A stretch of DNA of 64,000 nt from a bacterium. GTDB taxonomy: Bacteria; UBA8248. Where the stretch lies: the NCBI GenBank assembly GCA_965204535.1, contig OZ241996.1:96001-160000 (forward strand), read 5' to 3'. This document shows positions 63,733-64,000 of this stretch, piece after piece. Position 1 is the first letter of the stretch. Each line of letters begins with the position of its first letter. A model generated the notes under the pieces. It was given only the letters and a program-made list of their open reading frames with translations, made no database searches and was not told where the DNA came from. A program made the translations under genes and the position numbers.

Positions 63733-64000
63733 TCAGCCCGCGAGCGCGCCTCGCCACAAGCGGGGAGATACCTCGACGCCCGGCTCCACCTCGCCGATTT
63801 TCCGCATCAGGACGAACCGGGGACTCCCCCGGCGCGTTTTCTTGTCGCTGGCGACCAGCCGCTTCAGGACCGCGAGTTTCGGAGGCTCCGCCATGCGCGT
63901 GGGCAGACCGAAACGATCGAGCAGGGCGGTCAGCCGCTCCACGTCCCCAGACCCGCAGCGCCCCATCGCGCACGATATCCGGCTCGCCGCGGACATGCCG
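63733..64000 (-). CDS. aroB: 3-dehydroquinate synthase, C-terminal part (truncated by window edge)
   Basis: FGLP..SDKK..RFVLMRKIG; directly upstream of aroQ. Confidence 0.8.
   Translation of the reverse strand, partial: GMSAASRISCAMGRCGSGDVERLTALLDRFGLPTRMAEPPKLAVLKRLVASDKKTRRGSPRFVLMRKIGEVEPGVEVSPRLWRGALAG

Overview
High-GC bacterial chromosomal DNA, almost entirely core genome. The gene order resembles Deltaproteobacteria/Nitrospirota/Nitrospinota-type diderms; this taxonomic placement is inference only. Left to right: orphan AbrB-fold gene; ppiD; mreBCD-mrdA-rodA; an antisense sulfatase; a B12-radical SAM/DUF2344 fusion overlapping RNase G; cpoB-dprA-topA-trmFO-xerC-hslVU; argBDFG; a long minus-strand block (plsC-dciA-TPR-lolB-like-ispE-prs-rplY-pth-hppA-rpsF-ssb-rpsR-rplI-dnaB-alr-mlaF-tgt-yajC-secDF); algC-yqaA-manC-uppP; an accessory patch at 51.2-56.5 kb (NIPSNAP, a 427-bp MITE-like element with nested palindromic repeats, sixA, MFS, acyl-CoA synthetase); livKHMGF; and efp-pepQ-aroQ-aroB. 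I saw no rRNA, tRNA, CRISPR array, prophage, transposase or defence system. The best leads are the REP-carrying MITE and related outer inverted ends, the uncharacterised radical SAM-DUF2344/RNase G unit, a TGT with a non-canonical substrate pocket, and a DedA-uppP-GDP-mannose operon. All family calls come from motif recognition by eye, not database searches.
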